Positions 11,434-22,087 of a DNA stretch of 64,000 nt are shown piece after piece. Numbering within the stretch: the first letter of the stretch is position 1; every line of letters starts with the position of its first letter. The position numbers were made by a program, and so were the translations under genes. Below the pieces are notes generated by a model, which was not told where the DNA came from, searched no databases, and saw only the letters and a list, made by a program, of their open reading frames with translations. This DNA is from an uncultured Chloroflexia bacterium (GTDB lineage: Bacteria; Chloroflexota; UBA6077; JACCZL01): contig CAVXYC010000018.1 of assembly GCA_963765765.1 (NCBI GenBank), forward strand, positions 1-64,000, in the 5' to 3' direction.

Positions 11434-12490
11434 GTGATAGATCGAGTTCGCATTGGGCTCATTGGAGCGAGCGTGCGGCGCGGGTGGGGGCTGAACGCGC
11501 ACGTCCCGGCAATTCAAAACTTACCTGAGCTCGAGCTCACGGCGGTCTGCACGGCGCATCCCGAGACAGCCCGCGAATCAGCGGATGCCTTTGGTGCCCT
11601 GCACGCGTTTAGCGATTACCGCGACATCATCCAGTGCCCAGACGTCGATGCCGTCACCATCGCCGTGCGCGTGCCCTGGCATAAGGAGATTGCCCTGGCG
11701 GCCGCGGCGGCTGGCAAGCACGTGTACTGTGAATGGCCGCTTGCCGTCACTGTTGAAGATGGTGAAGCGATGGTCGCCGCGGCCGAGAAGGCGGGCGTTC
11801 GGCATATGGTTGGCTTGCAAGGCCGCTCAGCGCCCTGGGGACGCTATGTTCGCGATCTTGTGAACGGCGGAGAGCTGGGCGAGATCATCGCCGTGAACGT
11901 GCGCATGTTCACCACACACAACTACATGAAGGCCGAGACTGCCTGGGCCGCCGAGCGGTCGGCGGGGAACCATATTCTCTCGATCCAGGCGGGTCACCTG
12001 CTGGACATGCTCGAAAGCATCCTCGGGGAGTTAGGCGGCGTGTCGGCACGCATCGGCACCCGCCAGAACCCCTGGCGCATCGATGGTCTGGACCCGATCC
12101 CGGCAGATGCCCCCGACCACGTCTTGATCCACGGTGAATTCGCCACCGGTGGCATCGCATCAATCCACTTCGGTTACGTACCTGTGCACCCGGGTGGATG
12201 GGCACTGGACATCTATGGTGACCGAGCCACGCTACGGGCCAACGCTACGGGTGTCGGTCATGTGGCGCCCATGAATATCGAGATAGGACGTTCCGGCGAA
12301 ACCGAGATGCAGCCACTCACCGTGCCCGACGAGTACGTTGAAGTCCCCGCAACCGTTCCACAAGGCGCACCATTCCATGTGGCGCATAACTATCGGACGC
12401 TTCGCGCGCTCAATCCTGGGGGGTCATGCCGCGGAGCCTAGCTTTGCCGCCGGTGTGCGGCGACTAAAGTCACTGGCCGCGCTGGGATAG
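11434..12490 (+). CDS. Gfo/Idh/MocA family oxidoreductase, frameshift near C-terminus
   Basis: RIGLIGA, GKHVYCEWPL and GHLLD motifs. The C-terminus PSFAAGVR continues in another frame to TAG 12490. Confidence 0.88.
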
Positions 12491-12636
12491 CTCACCACCT
12501 TCGGGCGCTCCAAGATCGTTACGAAATTCCCAACACCCCGGGGAACGCGACGACTCGGCATGAACTCTGCATTTGACTCGGTACTGGGCACCGTAACGCA
12601 CGTGACAATAACAGCGTTGGCGGCCCGAGGAGAGTT

Positions 12637-12957
12637 ATGTACTCGCAGGACCTCGCACTGATTGGCCGGGGTGCCGACGTCTACGATCGCAATGGGGACT
12701 GGCTGGGCTCTGTGGGTAAGGTCTGTCCCGCTACACTGCCCGAAATGCCGACGTCCATCGCGACGACCGTTCAAGTAACGTCCGAACCACGCTGTTGGCT
12801 GGAGGTGGGTACGGGCCTACAGCGACTCGGCAAAGCTCTATATGTCCCCGACAACGCGGTCGCTCATATTTGCGACGACTGGGTCATCCTCGACGTCACT
12901 GGTGCCGATGTCGACAGCTTGGGCTGGGATGCGCAGCCGGCTGCCCTGCGCAGCTAA
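12637..12957 (+). CDS. DUF2171/PRC-barrel-like small protein
   Basis: G.DVYDRNGDWLGSV...LEVGTG...LYVP...V.L and GWD..P pattern, good RBS (gaggag). Confidence 0.65.
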   Translation: MYSQDLALIGRGADVYDRNGDWLGSVGKVCPATLPEMPTSIATTVQVTSEPRCWLEVGTGLQRLGKALYVPDNAVAHICDDWVILDVTGADVDSLGWDAQPAALRS

Positions 12958-13049
12958 TCTACGCACGCTGTTCAGAGATTCCATCGGCACGGATGAGTCG
13001 CCGGCTTGAAGCCCTGACAAACTCAGAAATGGGCTGAGGTAATTCCACG

Positions 13050-14296
13050 ATGACCCGCAAGGCTGGCATCTTTCCAACGTTTTTCCTGTCCGGCTTCGAG
13101 TGTTCCACGTTCCGTTGGAAGGACAAGAGGCGCCGCGACCTCTCGGCCGAAACGCAGCACCTCGAGCACGCGGAAGAGGACTACGCGATGCTTCGGTCGC
13201 TCGGGATCGCCGTATCTCGGGAGGGTATCCCGTGGCCCATGGTGGACCGCTCAGGACAATGTGACTTCACAGCCATTGACCCGTTGATCGCGGCCATGAA
13301 CCACTCCCAGATCCTGCCAATCTGGGATCTCTGCCACTACGGTTACCCCGACGATACTGACCCGTTTGATGACGACTTCGCCGACCGGTTTGCCCGGTAT
13401 TGCCGCGCCGCCGCCGAGTACGTGGTCCCACGAGTTCGGGGACCGCACTTCTTCACACCGATCAACGAGATTACGTTCTTTTCGTTCTCGGGTGGGGAAT
13501 GGGGCTGGGTCGCCCCTTACCGCTCCACTCGCGAGGAGCGATTCCGACTCCGCGAAGCCCTGTGCCGAGCCGTCCATTGCCGGGGCGCGACGCCATCCGC
13601 GAAGTTGCGCCCGACGCACGCATGGTGAATCTGGACCCGCTGGTCCAGGTGGTGGCTCCGCGAGACCGACCCGATCTGGAGGAAGCCGCCCGGAAGGAGA
13701 CGTACGAAGACACGTTTCTCGCCTGGGACATCCTGGCAGGTCAAGCGAAGCCCGAGCTGGGAGGCAGTCCAGAGATACTGGATATCGTGGGGGCAAACTG
13801 CTATTCGTTCGGCCAGATGGAATATCGGGAGCACGGCCCGCACGCCGCGCTGCCACCGGATGACGATCGCATTGTGTCGCTGTGCGACCTGCTGCGACGC
13901 GTGTGGGAGCGTTATCAGCGCCCCATGATCATCGGGGAGACGAGCGGTCTCAAAGACGGACGCCCCGAGTGGTTGAAAGATGTCATGGAAGAATCCCTGG
14001 CGGCCGTGGACCAGGGTATGGACTTGCACGGAATCTGCCTCTTCCCGGGCGTAGACATGCCTGACTGGCACACGGGGGAGTGGTTACACAACGGAATTTG
14101 CGACCTGGTCGACGAGTCTGGGGTGCTTTGTCGCGTGCCCGACAATGCCTATATTGATGAGCTCCGCCGCTGGCAGAAGCTGCTCAACCGAGTGACCGAG
14201 CTAGACGAGGACCCGTTTAGCGATCCCGTGGACCTGGAAGACGTGGTGCAGGCCGCACATCGCATGCGGACCAAACCGGACAAGAACTGGTCCTGA
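13050..14296 (+). CDS. Glycoside hydrolase family 1-like protein, frameshift near 13580
   Basis: FLSGFECST, IWDLCHYGYP, FTPINEI (acid/base), DIVGANCY and MIIGETS (nucleophile). Confidence 0.8.
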
Positions 14297-14528
14297 ACAG
14301 CTCCTCCCAATTCCTCAAGTGGGCGCGGATGGATGTCGAATCTCGCTGTGACGGATTCCCGGCTGCAGCTCCGCTCAACTTTCTGCCATCAGGCGAACGG
14401 CACGGGCCGTGCATTGGATAGAAGCAAGAAGTTGGCATGGTCGTCTCGGTCGTTCGCGATCTCCGCTTACGTCATAACGAGCGCCGCGCCACCATTCACA
14501 CGCACCAATATGGAGCTCGAGGTAACCG

Positions 14529-14963
14529 ATGCACATTCATGACATCATGACACGCGAAGTTGAGGTCATCCGCCCGGACGCGACAGTGCAAGAAGCGGCC
14601 AAGAAAATGGACGAGCTGAATGTCGGGCCGCTCCCCGTGTGCGACGGAGATCGCCTCGTCGGCGTACTCACCGATCGCGACATCGTGGTGCGTGGGGCGG
14701 CAGCAGGCATGAACCCCACTACGACTCCGGTGAGAGACGTGATGACCCGCGAAGTCGTGACCTGTACGGAGCACGCCGACGTGGATGATGCAGCACGCAT
14801 CATGGAAGTGAACCAGATCCGTCGACTGATGGTACTCAACGACGATCAGAAACTGGTGGGCATCGTGTCGCTCGGCGACCTGGCAGTGCAGACGGGCGAC
14901 GAAGAGCTGGCCGGTGAGACACTGCAGCAGATCTCGGAGCCTGCCGAACCGGATCGTGGCTAA
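14529..14963 (+). CDS. CBS domain-containing protein
   Basis: DIMTREV, LPVCDGDRLVGVLTDRDI and LVGIVSLGDLA form a tandem CBS pair. Confidence 0.93.
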   Translation: MHIHDIMTREVEVIRPDATVQEAAKKMDELNVGPLPVCDGDRLVGVLTDRDIVVRGAAAGMNPTTTPVRDVMTREVVTCTEHADVDDAARIMEVNQIRRLMVLNDDQKLVGIVSLGDLAVQTGDEELAGETLQQISEPAEPDRG

Positions 14964-14998
14964 GGCTGGGTCCGCTTAGCGGACCGCGAGTACCTTCG

Positions 14999-16079
14999 CT
15001 AGAGATCCGCGGACTGTTGAAACCATCGGATTTTCTCCGGCTCGAATCGGAGTGCGACCCGGTCACCGGGCCGGGCGGCGAAGTCCGTGCGGGTGGCGAC
15101 CTTGATAGCCTGGCCATCGGCGACGGTCGTGATGAGCGCGTGAGAGCCGAGCGGCTCGACGACCAAAACCTGCGCGAGCAGTACGTCGCCTGATCGCGCA
15201 GGTTCGACGCTGGTCTCGATGTTCTCCGCGCGAATGCCGAGCAGCACAGCGCCATCGAACGACGGCGCGTCGTCTGCAGGTAGCTGTATCTCCTGTGAGC
15301 CAATGGTCACGGTAAGACCGCCTTCGTTGAGCCGCAGGATGCCACTCAGGAAATTCATTGGTGGACTGCCAAGGAAGCTTCCGACGAATTCGTTGGACGG
15401 GCGGTCATACACTGCCATGGGATCGTCGATCTGAAGAATCTCTCCCTCACGCATGACGGCGACACGATCGCCCAGGCTCAGCGCCTCGACCTGATCATGT
15501 GTGACATAGACGGTGGTGGTCTGCACGTCGCGAACGAGCTTCTTGAGCTCCGCTCGGAACTGCAGACGCAGCAATGCATCCAGGTTGCTGAGCGGCTCAT
15601 CCATCAGGAGCACGCTGGGCTCCACGACAATGGCACGCGCCACTGCCACGCGCTGACGCTGACCGCCGCTGAGCTGGGCGGAGAAGCGACCAAGATACGG
15701 CTCGAGCTGAAGCATCGCGGCAGCCTGCTCCACCCGCTTGTTGATGTTGACTTGCGGTACCTTGTGCATCTTTAGCCCAAACGCGATGTTGTCGAACACC
15801 GTCATATGGGGAAAGACCGCGTAGCTCTGGAAGACCATCGCGATCCCGCGTTTTCGTGGCGGCAGGCCGGTTACATCCTCGATCGCCAATGAAGATGGCA
15901 CCGCGATCGGGATATTCGAGTCCAGCGATCATGCGCAGCAGGGTGGTCTTGCCACAGCCTGATGGGCCGAGCAGCACCAACAACTCCTGATCCTTCACGG
16001 TCAGGCTCAGATCGCGGACCGCTGGCGATTTGCCGCCACGATAGGTCTTGCTTACCCCCTCGATTCGGATCTCAGCCAC
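14999..16079 (-). CDS. Carbohydrate ABC transporter ATP-binding protein, frameshift near 15880
   Basis: GPSGCGKTT Walker A, LSGGQRQR signature, LMDEPLSNLD, VTHDQ and a C-terminal TOBE region. Confidence 0.93.
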
Positions 16080-16091
16080 GCCGCGCCTCCG

Positions 16092-16936
16092 TCACCGAAC
16101 CACCCGTCCCCACATGTTGAAGAGGTATCGGCGAATGAAGAAGATGAAGATCATGGACGGGACGATGAGCGCAAAACCGCCGGCAAACCGAAATGGACAG
16201 CGGCGAATCGCCGAGCGACGTGAACACCTGCGCCGGCAATGTCCGATTGGACACGGTAAGAATCGTGGCCGCGAAGACCTCGTTCCAGGACAGGACGAAT
16301 GTAAAGATGCCTGCCGCGGCAAGGCCGGGGAGAGCAAGCGGCAATGCTACGCGCAGAAAGGCGCCGACCGGAGTACACCCAAGCGTCAGCGCAGCCTCCT
16401 CGAGGTCTCGTGGTACCGAAACAAAAATGCTGCTTGTAATCAGCACCGTAATGGGAAGAGCGAGAGCGGTGTGCACCAGGGCCACCGCCAGCACAGTGTC
16501 ATACAGTCCCCAGCCGATGAATGTCACTGCCAGCGGGATCGAGAGAATCACGATCGGAAACGCCCGCGTAGTCAAAATGAGCATGGTGAAGGCATCGCGT
16601 CCCGTGAAACCGAAGCGCGCTAACGCGTAGCCAGCCGGAGCACCGATGACCAGGGAGAGCGCCAGTGTCAGAGCACCCACCAGGACGCTGTTCCAGGCTG
16701 CCTGCAGCACGCCACGTGAGCCGAGAAAGAACAAGAGCGTTTCCGCCGAGAGGCTGGTCGGGCAGCAGCGACTTCGGGAATTGGAAGGCGTCCGCCCGCG
16801 GGCTCAGCGCCGCGAGCGCGATCAAGTAGATCGGGAGCACGAGGAACGCGGTGAGTACAGCGGCCAGGAGATAGAGCGGCCAGCGGATTGATCGTGGTCC
16901 GGGTTTAAAGCTTGCCTCCGAAGCCTGTGTCACCAT
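16092..16936 (-). CDS. Carbohydrate ABC transporter permease, frameshifted
   Basis: AGYALARF, DLEEAALTLG (EAA motif) and FVLSWNE, hydrophobic segments across three frames. Confidence 0.88.
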
Positions 16937-16991
16937 TGCGAGCCTGAGATGTGTTCCGGCTCCGACAGCGAGGACTGCTCAAAGCGTTGTT

Positions 16992-17087
16992 GGCGTAGTG
17001 GCGTCCCCTTGCGGGCGCCACCTGGACTCCAAGGGCACGATGCGCTGCGGAATCCAGGTGGCGCCCGCAAGGGGACGCCACTACGCC
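16992..17087. repeat. REP-like inverted doublet (GTAGTGGCGTCCC family)
   Basis: Perfect 35-bp inverted repeat, 16992-17026 vs 17053-17087. Each arm is GTAG plus an internal hairpin. Related copy at 29329-29422. Confidence 0.9.
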
Positions 17088-17119
17088 CGGGAGAAGCAAC
17101 CGCCAAGACTTTCATCAAC

Positions 17120-18000
17120 TCACACCGTCTGATCACCTCGCGTCCTCAACACCTTCAGATAGGCGGCGGTGTTGACGAGCGAGAAGATCATGATGAGCAG
17201 CGCGTACGCCGCGGCCACATTTGGATTACCGTATCCGCCGTACCAGTTGTACGCCTCGCCGGCGAGGACAGGGAGGTTGCGACCTGCGAGCGCCACAACC
17301 GCGGCAAACACCTGAAAAGCCAGAATGGTTCGGATGATGAGTGCCACCTGGAGGCTCGGCCTCAGGAGCGGCAGCGTCACGTATCGGAGCCGCTGCCAGA
17401 AATTGGCGCCAAACACTTCGGCCACCTCGGCGTAGTCCTTAGGAATGACTTGAAGTCCGGCCAGGAGAATGGTCATCACCAGCGCAGTGGCTCGCCACGT
17501 CTCGGCCACCGTAACCGCGAGAAACATCGCGAGCGGCTGCTCGTAGCTCAGGAATGGAAATCCAGTCTCGCTGAGGCCGAGGCTCACGATGATCGAGTTT
17601 AAATAGCCTCGATCCGTGAAGATCGAGAGCCAGACCACCCCGGCCGCCAGGTCGGAGATCGCCAGGGGAATCATCCAGACGTAGAGAAGGGCGCCAGTGC
17701 CGCGTAAGCCCGTCATCAGTAGCAATGACATGACGAGCGCCAGGAATACCTGAGCCGGAACAACTACCGCCGTGAGCAGCAGGGTGTTCCTGACCGCGTC
17801 AACGAACTGGACGTCAGTGACCATCCGTCGTATCGGCTCAAGCGACCAGGCGCCCTGCCCATCGCGCACTGCTAGTCCGAGGGCCTGCACCATGGGCCAG
17901 GCAAAGAAGATCGACCAGGAAGATCCCGGCAGGTGCGATGAGCAGATACGGCGTAGTGCGCGTGGCGCGATCTCTTCGAGCCCGAACGTGAGTCGCCGAG
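17120..18000 (-). CDS. Carbohydrate ABC transporter permease (start approximate, frameshift near 17920)
   Basis: PYLLIAPA, AETWRAT and AEVFGANFWQRLRYVTLPLL motifs. Confidence 0.88.
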
Positions 18001-18028
18001 ACTGATCCGCTGACCTCCGCGGCCCGGC

Positions 18029-19420
18029 TTACTTCACCTTGCACGGGCCGTCGCTGGGCGGGTCGGGTGGCCAGCAGCCGGCCTGCGTCTCGTCCATCAG
18101 TCCCTGGAGAATCTTGCCCTGCTCATCCAGCACCGGCTGCGCGGACTCGTTCTTGAGGACGATGCGCGTGAACGTATCGAGATACACCTTGTTGAACTCG
18201 CCGCCTTTCGCTCCCAGGCCGATGGGCAGAAGAGACGGAAGAGCATCTTTGGCCGAAGACTGTTTTGCTACCGCATCGGCTTCCAGGCGAATGCCGGCGG
18301 GGAGATCCTCTGGCACCTTAGCGCCCGTGCCCGGAAAAAATGCGAGCTCACGAAGCGTGGCCACCTGCTGCGGCGTCTGAGTCAAATACTCAATGAGCTG
18401 CTCCGCTCCGGCACGATTCGGTGCGCCCTTGGGGATGGCAAGGCCAGCGATGACCGGCATGAAGCCGCGCCCCTTTGGTCCCGCTGGAGACGGTACGAGC
18501 ACGAAGTCGTCCGGACGCTGCTTCACCGCGTCAATGAGGCGCGCCGTGTGGTCCCAGGCAATCCAAACCTCGTCGGAAAGTAACGGCTCCTGCATGAACT
18601 CATAGTTAGCCGATTGCGGGTTTGACACCGCCCAGATGTCCTTGAAGTCCTGCCACATGACAGCGGCCTCCGCGGACTTGAAGCCAACCACGCCGGACGA
18701 ACCTGTGTACGAAGGATAGAGATAGCCCTGGAAAAAGCGGTGAATCAGCCCCTTCGGGCCGCCCGGGAAGCCCACCTTGCGCTGATTCGTGGCCTGCTGA
18801 ATGTTTCCGCCCCACTCTTTGAGCTGCGTGTAGGTCAACGCATTCACGTCAGCACCCGAGGGCAGATACGGCATTGCCTTTTTGTTGATAGCGAGGACGT
18901 ACGTTGCCTGCATCCACGGGACGTAGTAGCTCTTGTCCTTGGAGCCCATTCGACTCAGCTCAGTGAAGGTCTGCGGGAAACCGCGGTCAGCGAGCCGCGT
19001 CATCACTGAGGTAACGTCCTCCATTTGGTCTGCCTGAACAAAAGGAGCAAAGTCGCCGTGCAGACCACCTACCAGGCTCACCGTGACCCGGCCGCCCTTC
19101 TGCTCGGATATCAGACGATCATTGAAGGGCCCGGGATCTTCGGGAATGAATTCGGCCTGTACTGGTGCGTCCTTGAGAATCACCTGACGCATCTTTTCGG
19201 CTTCTTCGATCGGCTTGAACTGAGTAGAGAAGAAGACCAGGGAGCCGCCGGAGGTCGGCTTACCAGCCGGTGCCGCGTCTGCTGGCTTGGCCGGCGCCGT
19301 GGTGGGCTTGGCCGCGTCCGCGGGTTTCGCCGGCGCCGAAGTTGGCGCCGGCTGCGCGGCGGGGCCGCATGCTGCAATCAAAAACGAGCACGCGATCGAT
19401 AGACGGACGAGGGAACGCAT
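18029..19420 (-). CDS. Carbohydrate ABC transporter substrate-binding lipoprotein
   Basis: Lipobox IAAC, P/A/K/T linker, sugar SBP body (YYVPWMQATY, GLAIPKGA). First gene of the ABC operon. Confidence 0.92.
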   Translation of the reverse strand: MRSLVRLSIACSFLIAACGPAAQPAPTSAPAKPADAAKPTTAPAKPADAAPAGKPTSGGSLVFFSTQFKPIEEAEKMRQVILKDAPVQAEFIPEDPGPFNDRLISEQKGGRVTVSLVGGLHGDFAPFVQADQMEDVTSVMTRLADRGFPQTFTELSRMGSKDKSYYVPWMQATYVLAINKKAMPYLPSGADVNALTYTQLKEWGGNIQQATNQRKVGFPGGPKGLIHRFFQGYLYPSYTGSSGVVGFKSAEAAVMWQDFKDIWAVSNPQSANYEFMQEPLLSDEVWIAWDHTARLIDAVKQRPDDFVLVPSPAGPKGRGFMPVIAGLAIPKGAPNRAGAEQLIEYLTQTPQQVATLRELAFFPGTGAKVPEDLPAGIRLEADAVAKQSSAKDALPSLLPIGLGAKGGEFNKVYLDTFTRIVLKNESAQPVLDEQGKILQGLMDETQAGCWPPDPPSDGPCKVK

Positions 19421-19670
19421 GATCGGTCCTCCCCTGAGCCCCAGCTCACCCTATTTGGTCACAAGATGGCCGACTTGTTGTGTGCCCGGCGATTGCGGAT
19501 GCGATCGGCAAGGTCTTGAACATCTTAGTGGACGTGGTTACGGTCCGGATCATCCGTAGAATGCAACTTTCCGGTTTAGGCTAGGAGCTGAGCAAAAGTG
19601 TTGTGGTTGGACTCGGAATGCGAGACGCCCGCGGTCCCAAGGGGCGACCCGCACGGAACGCTTTGCCACT

Positions 19671-19994
19671 CTATCCTCCGCTGAATCCAGGCAACAACAG
19701 CAGTTCATCGCCCGGCTCGAGCTTCCGATCCAGACCGCCGGCCAGCTCGATGACGCGGCCGTTGAGGATGAGTGCCACGAACTCACGCATGCGTCGACCG
19801 TCTGTGTCGTAGACGAGCCGCTCGAATGCCTCGGACGCCGCAGCGTTCTCCTCGAGCCAGGTGCGAACCGTTGCATCTGGGACGAATGGAATCGTGGTAA
19901 GCGTGCTCCCTTCACCCTTGCCTGGTCCGGCGTCATCAAGCCCCAGCTCCTTGCGGAGCCAGCCGTAATACTCAACGGTGATGGAGTCGCTCAC
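19671..19994 (-). CDS. moaD: MoaD/ThiS family sulfur carrier
   Basis: Ubiquitin-like pattern ending LLPGFSGG (C-terminal GG), directly downstream of AOR. Confidence 0.85.
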   Translation of the reverse strand: MSDSITVEYYGWLRKELGLDDAGPGKGEGSTLTTIPFVPDATVRTWLEENAAASEAFERLVYDTDGRRMREFVALILNGRVIELAGGLDRKLEPGDELLLLPGFSGG

Positions 19995-20000
19995 CGATTC

Positions 20001-21878
20001 TCAGGCGGGCACGCCTTCACGCTCAGCCCGAATCTCCTCGACAACGGGAATGAGCTCCTGCAGCTCCAGCTCTTGAAGCGTTTCAGGAAGCGGGAGTCCC
20101 AGGTTTTCATCCCACCCAAGCATGCGCCTATAGTTGCGGAGCATGCCGTCCCAGTGCGGCATGATATCGGCGCCTTCTGCCGGACCATCGATCGGAATCG
20201 ATCCGTAGCGCTTGGACGGACGCTCGAGCTTCGGATCCAGACCATGCAGGAAGCTCCAAACTCGAAGCATGGTGGAGATACGCCGACCGATCTTCAGCGC
20301 GTCCGGCACGGTGAGCTCCCAGCCGGTCACGGCGTTCACCGCGTCCACACCCATCGATGCATTGGTGAAGTCGAATCGGCACACCCCGAGGCTGTCATCG
20401 AACTGATGCCAGCCATTCAGTCGCCCCATCTGCTGAACGATCTCCGTAGGTGAGAATCGATCTGCCAACGGCCCGAGGCCCAGACGCTCGGTCTGCACCC
20501 CGCCAAACGTGACCTCGATGGTGCTGGTGCTGGATGTGCACGTATCGAACATCTCCGCCCAGCGACCGCGGTGATCGTGACCGCGTGGAGAGTGGCCCTT
20601 CTCCGTGTAGATAGCCGCGTCCGCCGCCGGACCGCCGATGTACCGACTGGCGCGCATCACACCTTCACCGAGCCACGCGCCGCAGCCCTCCCGTGTGGCG
20701 ATCTTGTCCATAAGCTTCTTGCACGACTCGGGGTCGTCCCAGGTAGGGCTCAAGCCATCGAGCTGCTCCTGGCTGATCCAGCCGTTCATTGAGCACTCAA
20801 TAACCCAGCCTAATAGCCAGCCGAGCTCATTGATATCCACGCCCATGCTGTCCGCCTCGTTGGCGAGGTAGACGGCTGCGCCGGCGTCAGTGATACCGAG
20901 CTGGGAGCCCATTCCCGAGAAACCCTCGTATTCGGGCTCTTCACCGCTATACCCGGCATAGGGTCCCTCGGTGACGGTCATCGTCTTACAGCAAGACATC
21001 TGGCACGCCCAGCATGGGTTGTTCTTCCACTCGAAGTGACCGCGGGCGTACTGGCCGTTGATCTGCTCGTGCTCCGGGAAGACACACGTGGTGTAGTTCT
21101 TTATCGGCAGCCAGCCGCCCCGAGCGGCACCGCTCAATCCGCCTGCCGTGCCCCAATTCCAGAGACTACCACCGCCAAATGCCTTGGCATCTTCGAAGAC
21201 CGGCTTCACCAGCTCATTGACCTTAGCCGTGTCGGCCACGAACGAGCGCTGTTTGCCGCGCTTGCAAGAGATGGCCTTGAGCTTCTTGCTTCCCATGACG
21301 GCGCCAACACCGTTGTGCGAGGCCACATGGCCGCGATCACCCACAAACGCCGCGAAGCGCACCAGATGCTCACCAGCCGGACCAATGCCGAAGACGCTGA
21401 TCTGCTTGTCGTTCAGCCCTTCATCCGCGCGGATCTTATCTTCCATTTGCCAGACGCCCAGGCCGGCAAGGGGCTCCGCGTCGCGGAACTCGATCCCGTT
21501 CTCATCGATGAAGAGATGCGTGAGTCGATCCGCGGAGCCCTGGATGATGAGTCCGTCATATCCCTGACTGCGGAGAAAGGCGCCGAGGTACCCGTTCGCC
21601 TGGGTCGCGCCGGCGAGCCCGGTCATCGGTCCCTTAAATACGCAGGAGATGGTGCCCGTCCCGGAAAAGCGCGTATTGCCCAACGGTCCCGTGGCGATGA
21701 TGACGCGGTTTTCGGGATCGTCCCACTGCACTTCCGGTGGAACTTCCTTGTAAAGGAAGTACGTGCCAAGTCCGGTGCCGCCAACCCAGGTGCGCACAAC
21801 GTCACTGGGCACGTCCTCGACACTGGTGGTCTGATCTGAAAGATTCACGCGCAGGAGGCGCGCCGTAAGGTCCGGCAT
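20001..21878 (-). CDS. aor: Aldehyde:ferredoxin oxidoreductase (tungstopterin AOR family)
   Basis: LRVNLS, GYDGLII.G, IGPAGEHLVRFA, GVGAVMGSKKLKAI, CWACQMSC (Fe-S) and PEYE motifs. Confidence 0.92.
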   Translation of the reverse strand: MPDLTARLLRVNLSDQTTSVEDVPSDVVRTWVGGTGLGTYFLYKEVPPEVQWDDPENRVIIATGPLGNTRFSGTGTISCVFKGPMTGLAGATQANGYLGAFLRSQGYDGLIIQGSADRLTHLFIDENGIEFRDAEPLAGLGVWQMEDKIRADEGLNDKQISVFGIGPAGEHLVRFAAFVGDRGHVASHNGVGAVMGSKKLKAISCKRGKQRSFVADTAKVNELVKPVFEDAKAFGGGSLWNWGTAGGLSGAARGGWLPIKNYTTCVFPEHEQINGQYARGHFEWKNNPCWACQMSCCKTMTVTEGPYAGYSGEEPEYEGFSGMGSQLGITDAGAAVYLANEADSMGVDINELGWLLGWVIECSMNGWISQEQLDGLSPTWDDPESCKKLMDKIATREGCGAWLGEGVMRASRYIGGPAADAAIYTEKGHSPRGHDHRGRWAEMFDTCTSSTSTIEVTFGGVQTERLGLGPLADRFSPTEIVQQMGRLNGWHQFDDSLGVCRFDFTNASMGVDAVNAVTGWELTVPDALKIGRRISTMLRVWSFLHGLDPKLERPSKRYGSIPIDGPAEGADIMPHWDGMLRNYRRMLGWDENLGLPLPETLQELELQELIPVVEEIRAEREGVPA

Positions 21879-21929
21879 GATGGGGAATCCTCCGATGGTC
21901 CCTCAGTATACGTCCGACTCCAGGTCCAA

Positions 21930-22023
21930 CAGAGCCGCATCTCGTAAGGGCGCGGTTCCTCGCGCGAACAAAGGCCAGACACGGACACGAACATCCACCC
22001 GCTCCCTCACGTGCGCGACTCGG
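21930..22023. repeat. REP-like inverted doublet (CAGAGCCGC..GTAAG / CCGCTCCCT..CGG family)
   Basis: cagagccgcatctcgtaagggcgcgg ... ccgctccctcacgtgcgcgactcgg. Related element at 40807-40902. Confidence 0.6.
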
Positions 22024-22087
22024 AAGCTGGTTGGCGGTTGACGTACCATGATGACGAAATGGCAACCGACAAATCGGAGGTGTGCCG

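Noticed and set aside
1192-18000. Programmed frameshifting or selenocysteine recoding as the cause of split genes
   Set aside because: Breaks occur in unrelated enzyme families, with no shared slippery site or in-frame TGA at a catalytic Cys. Assembly indels are the simpler explanation.
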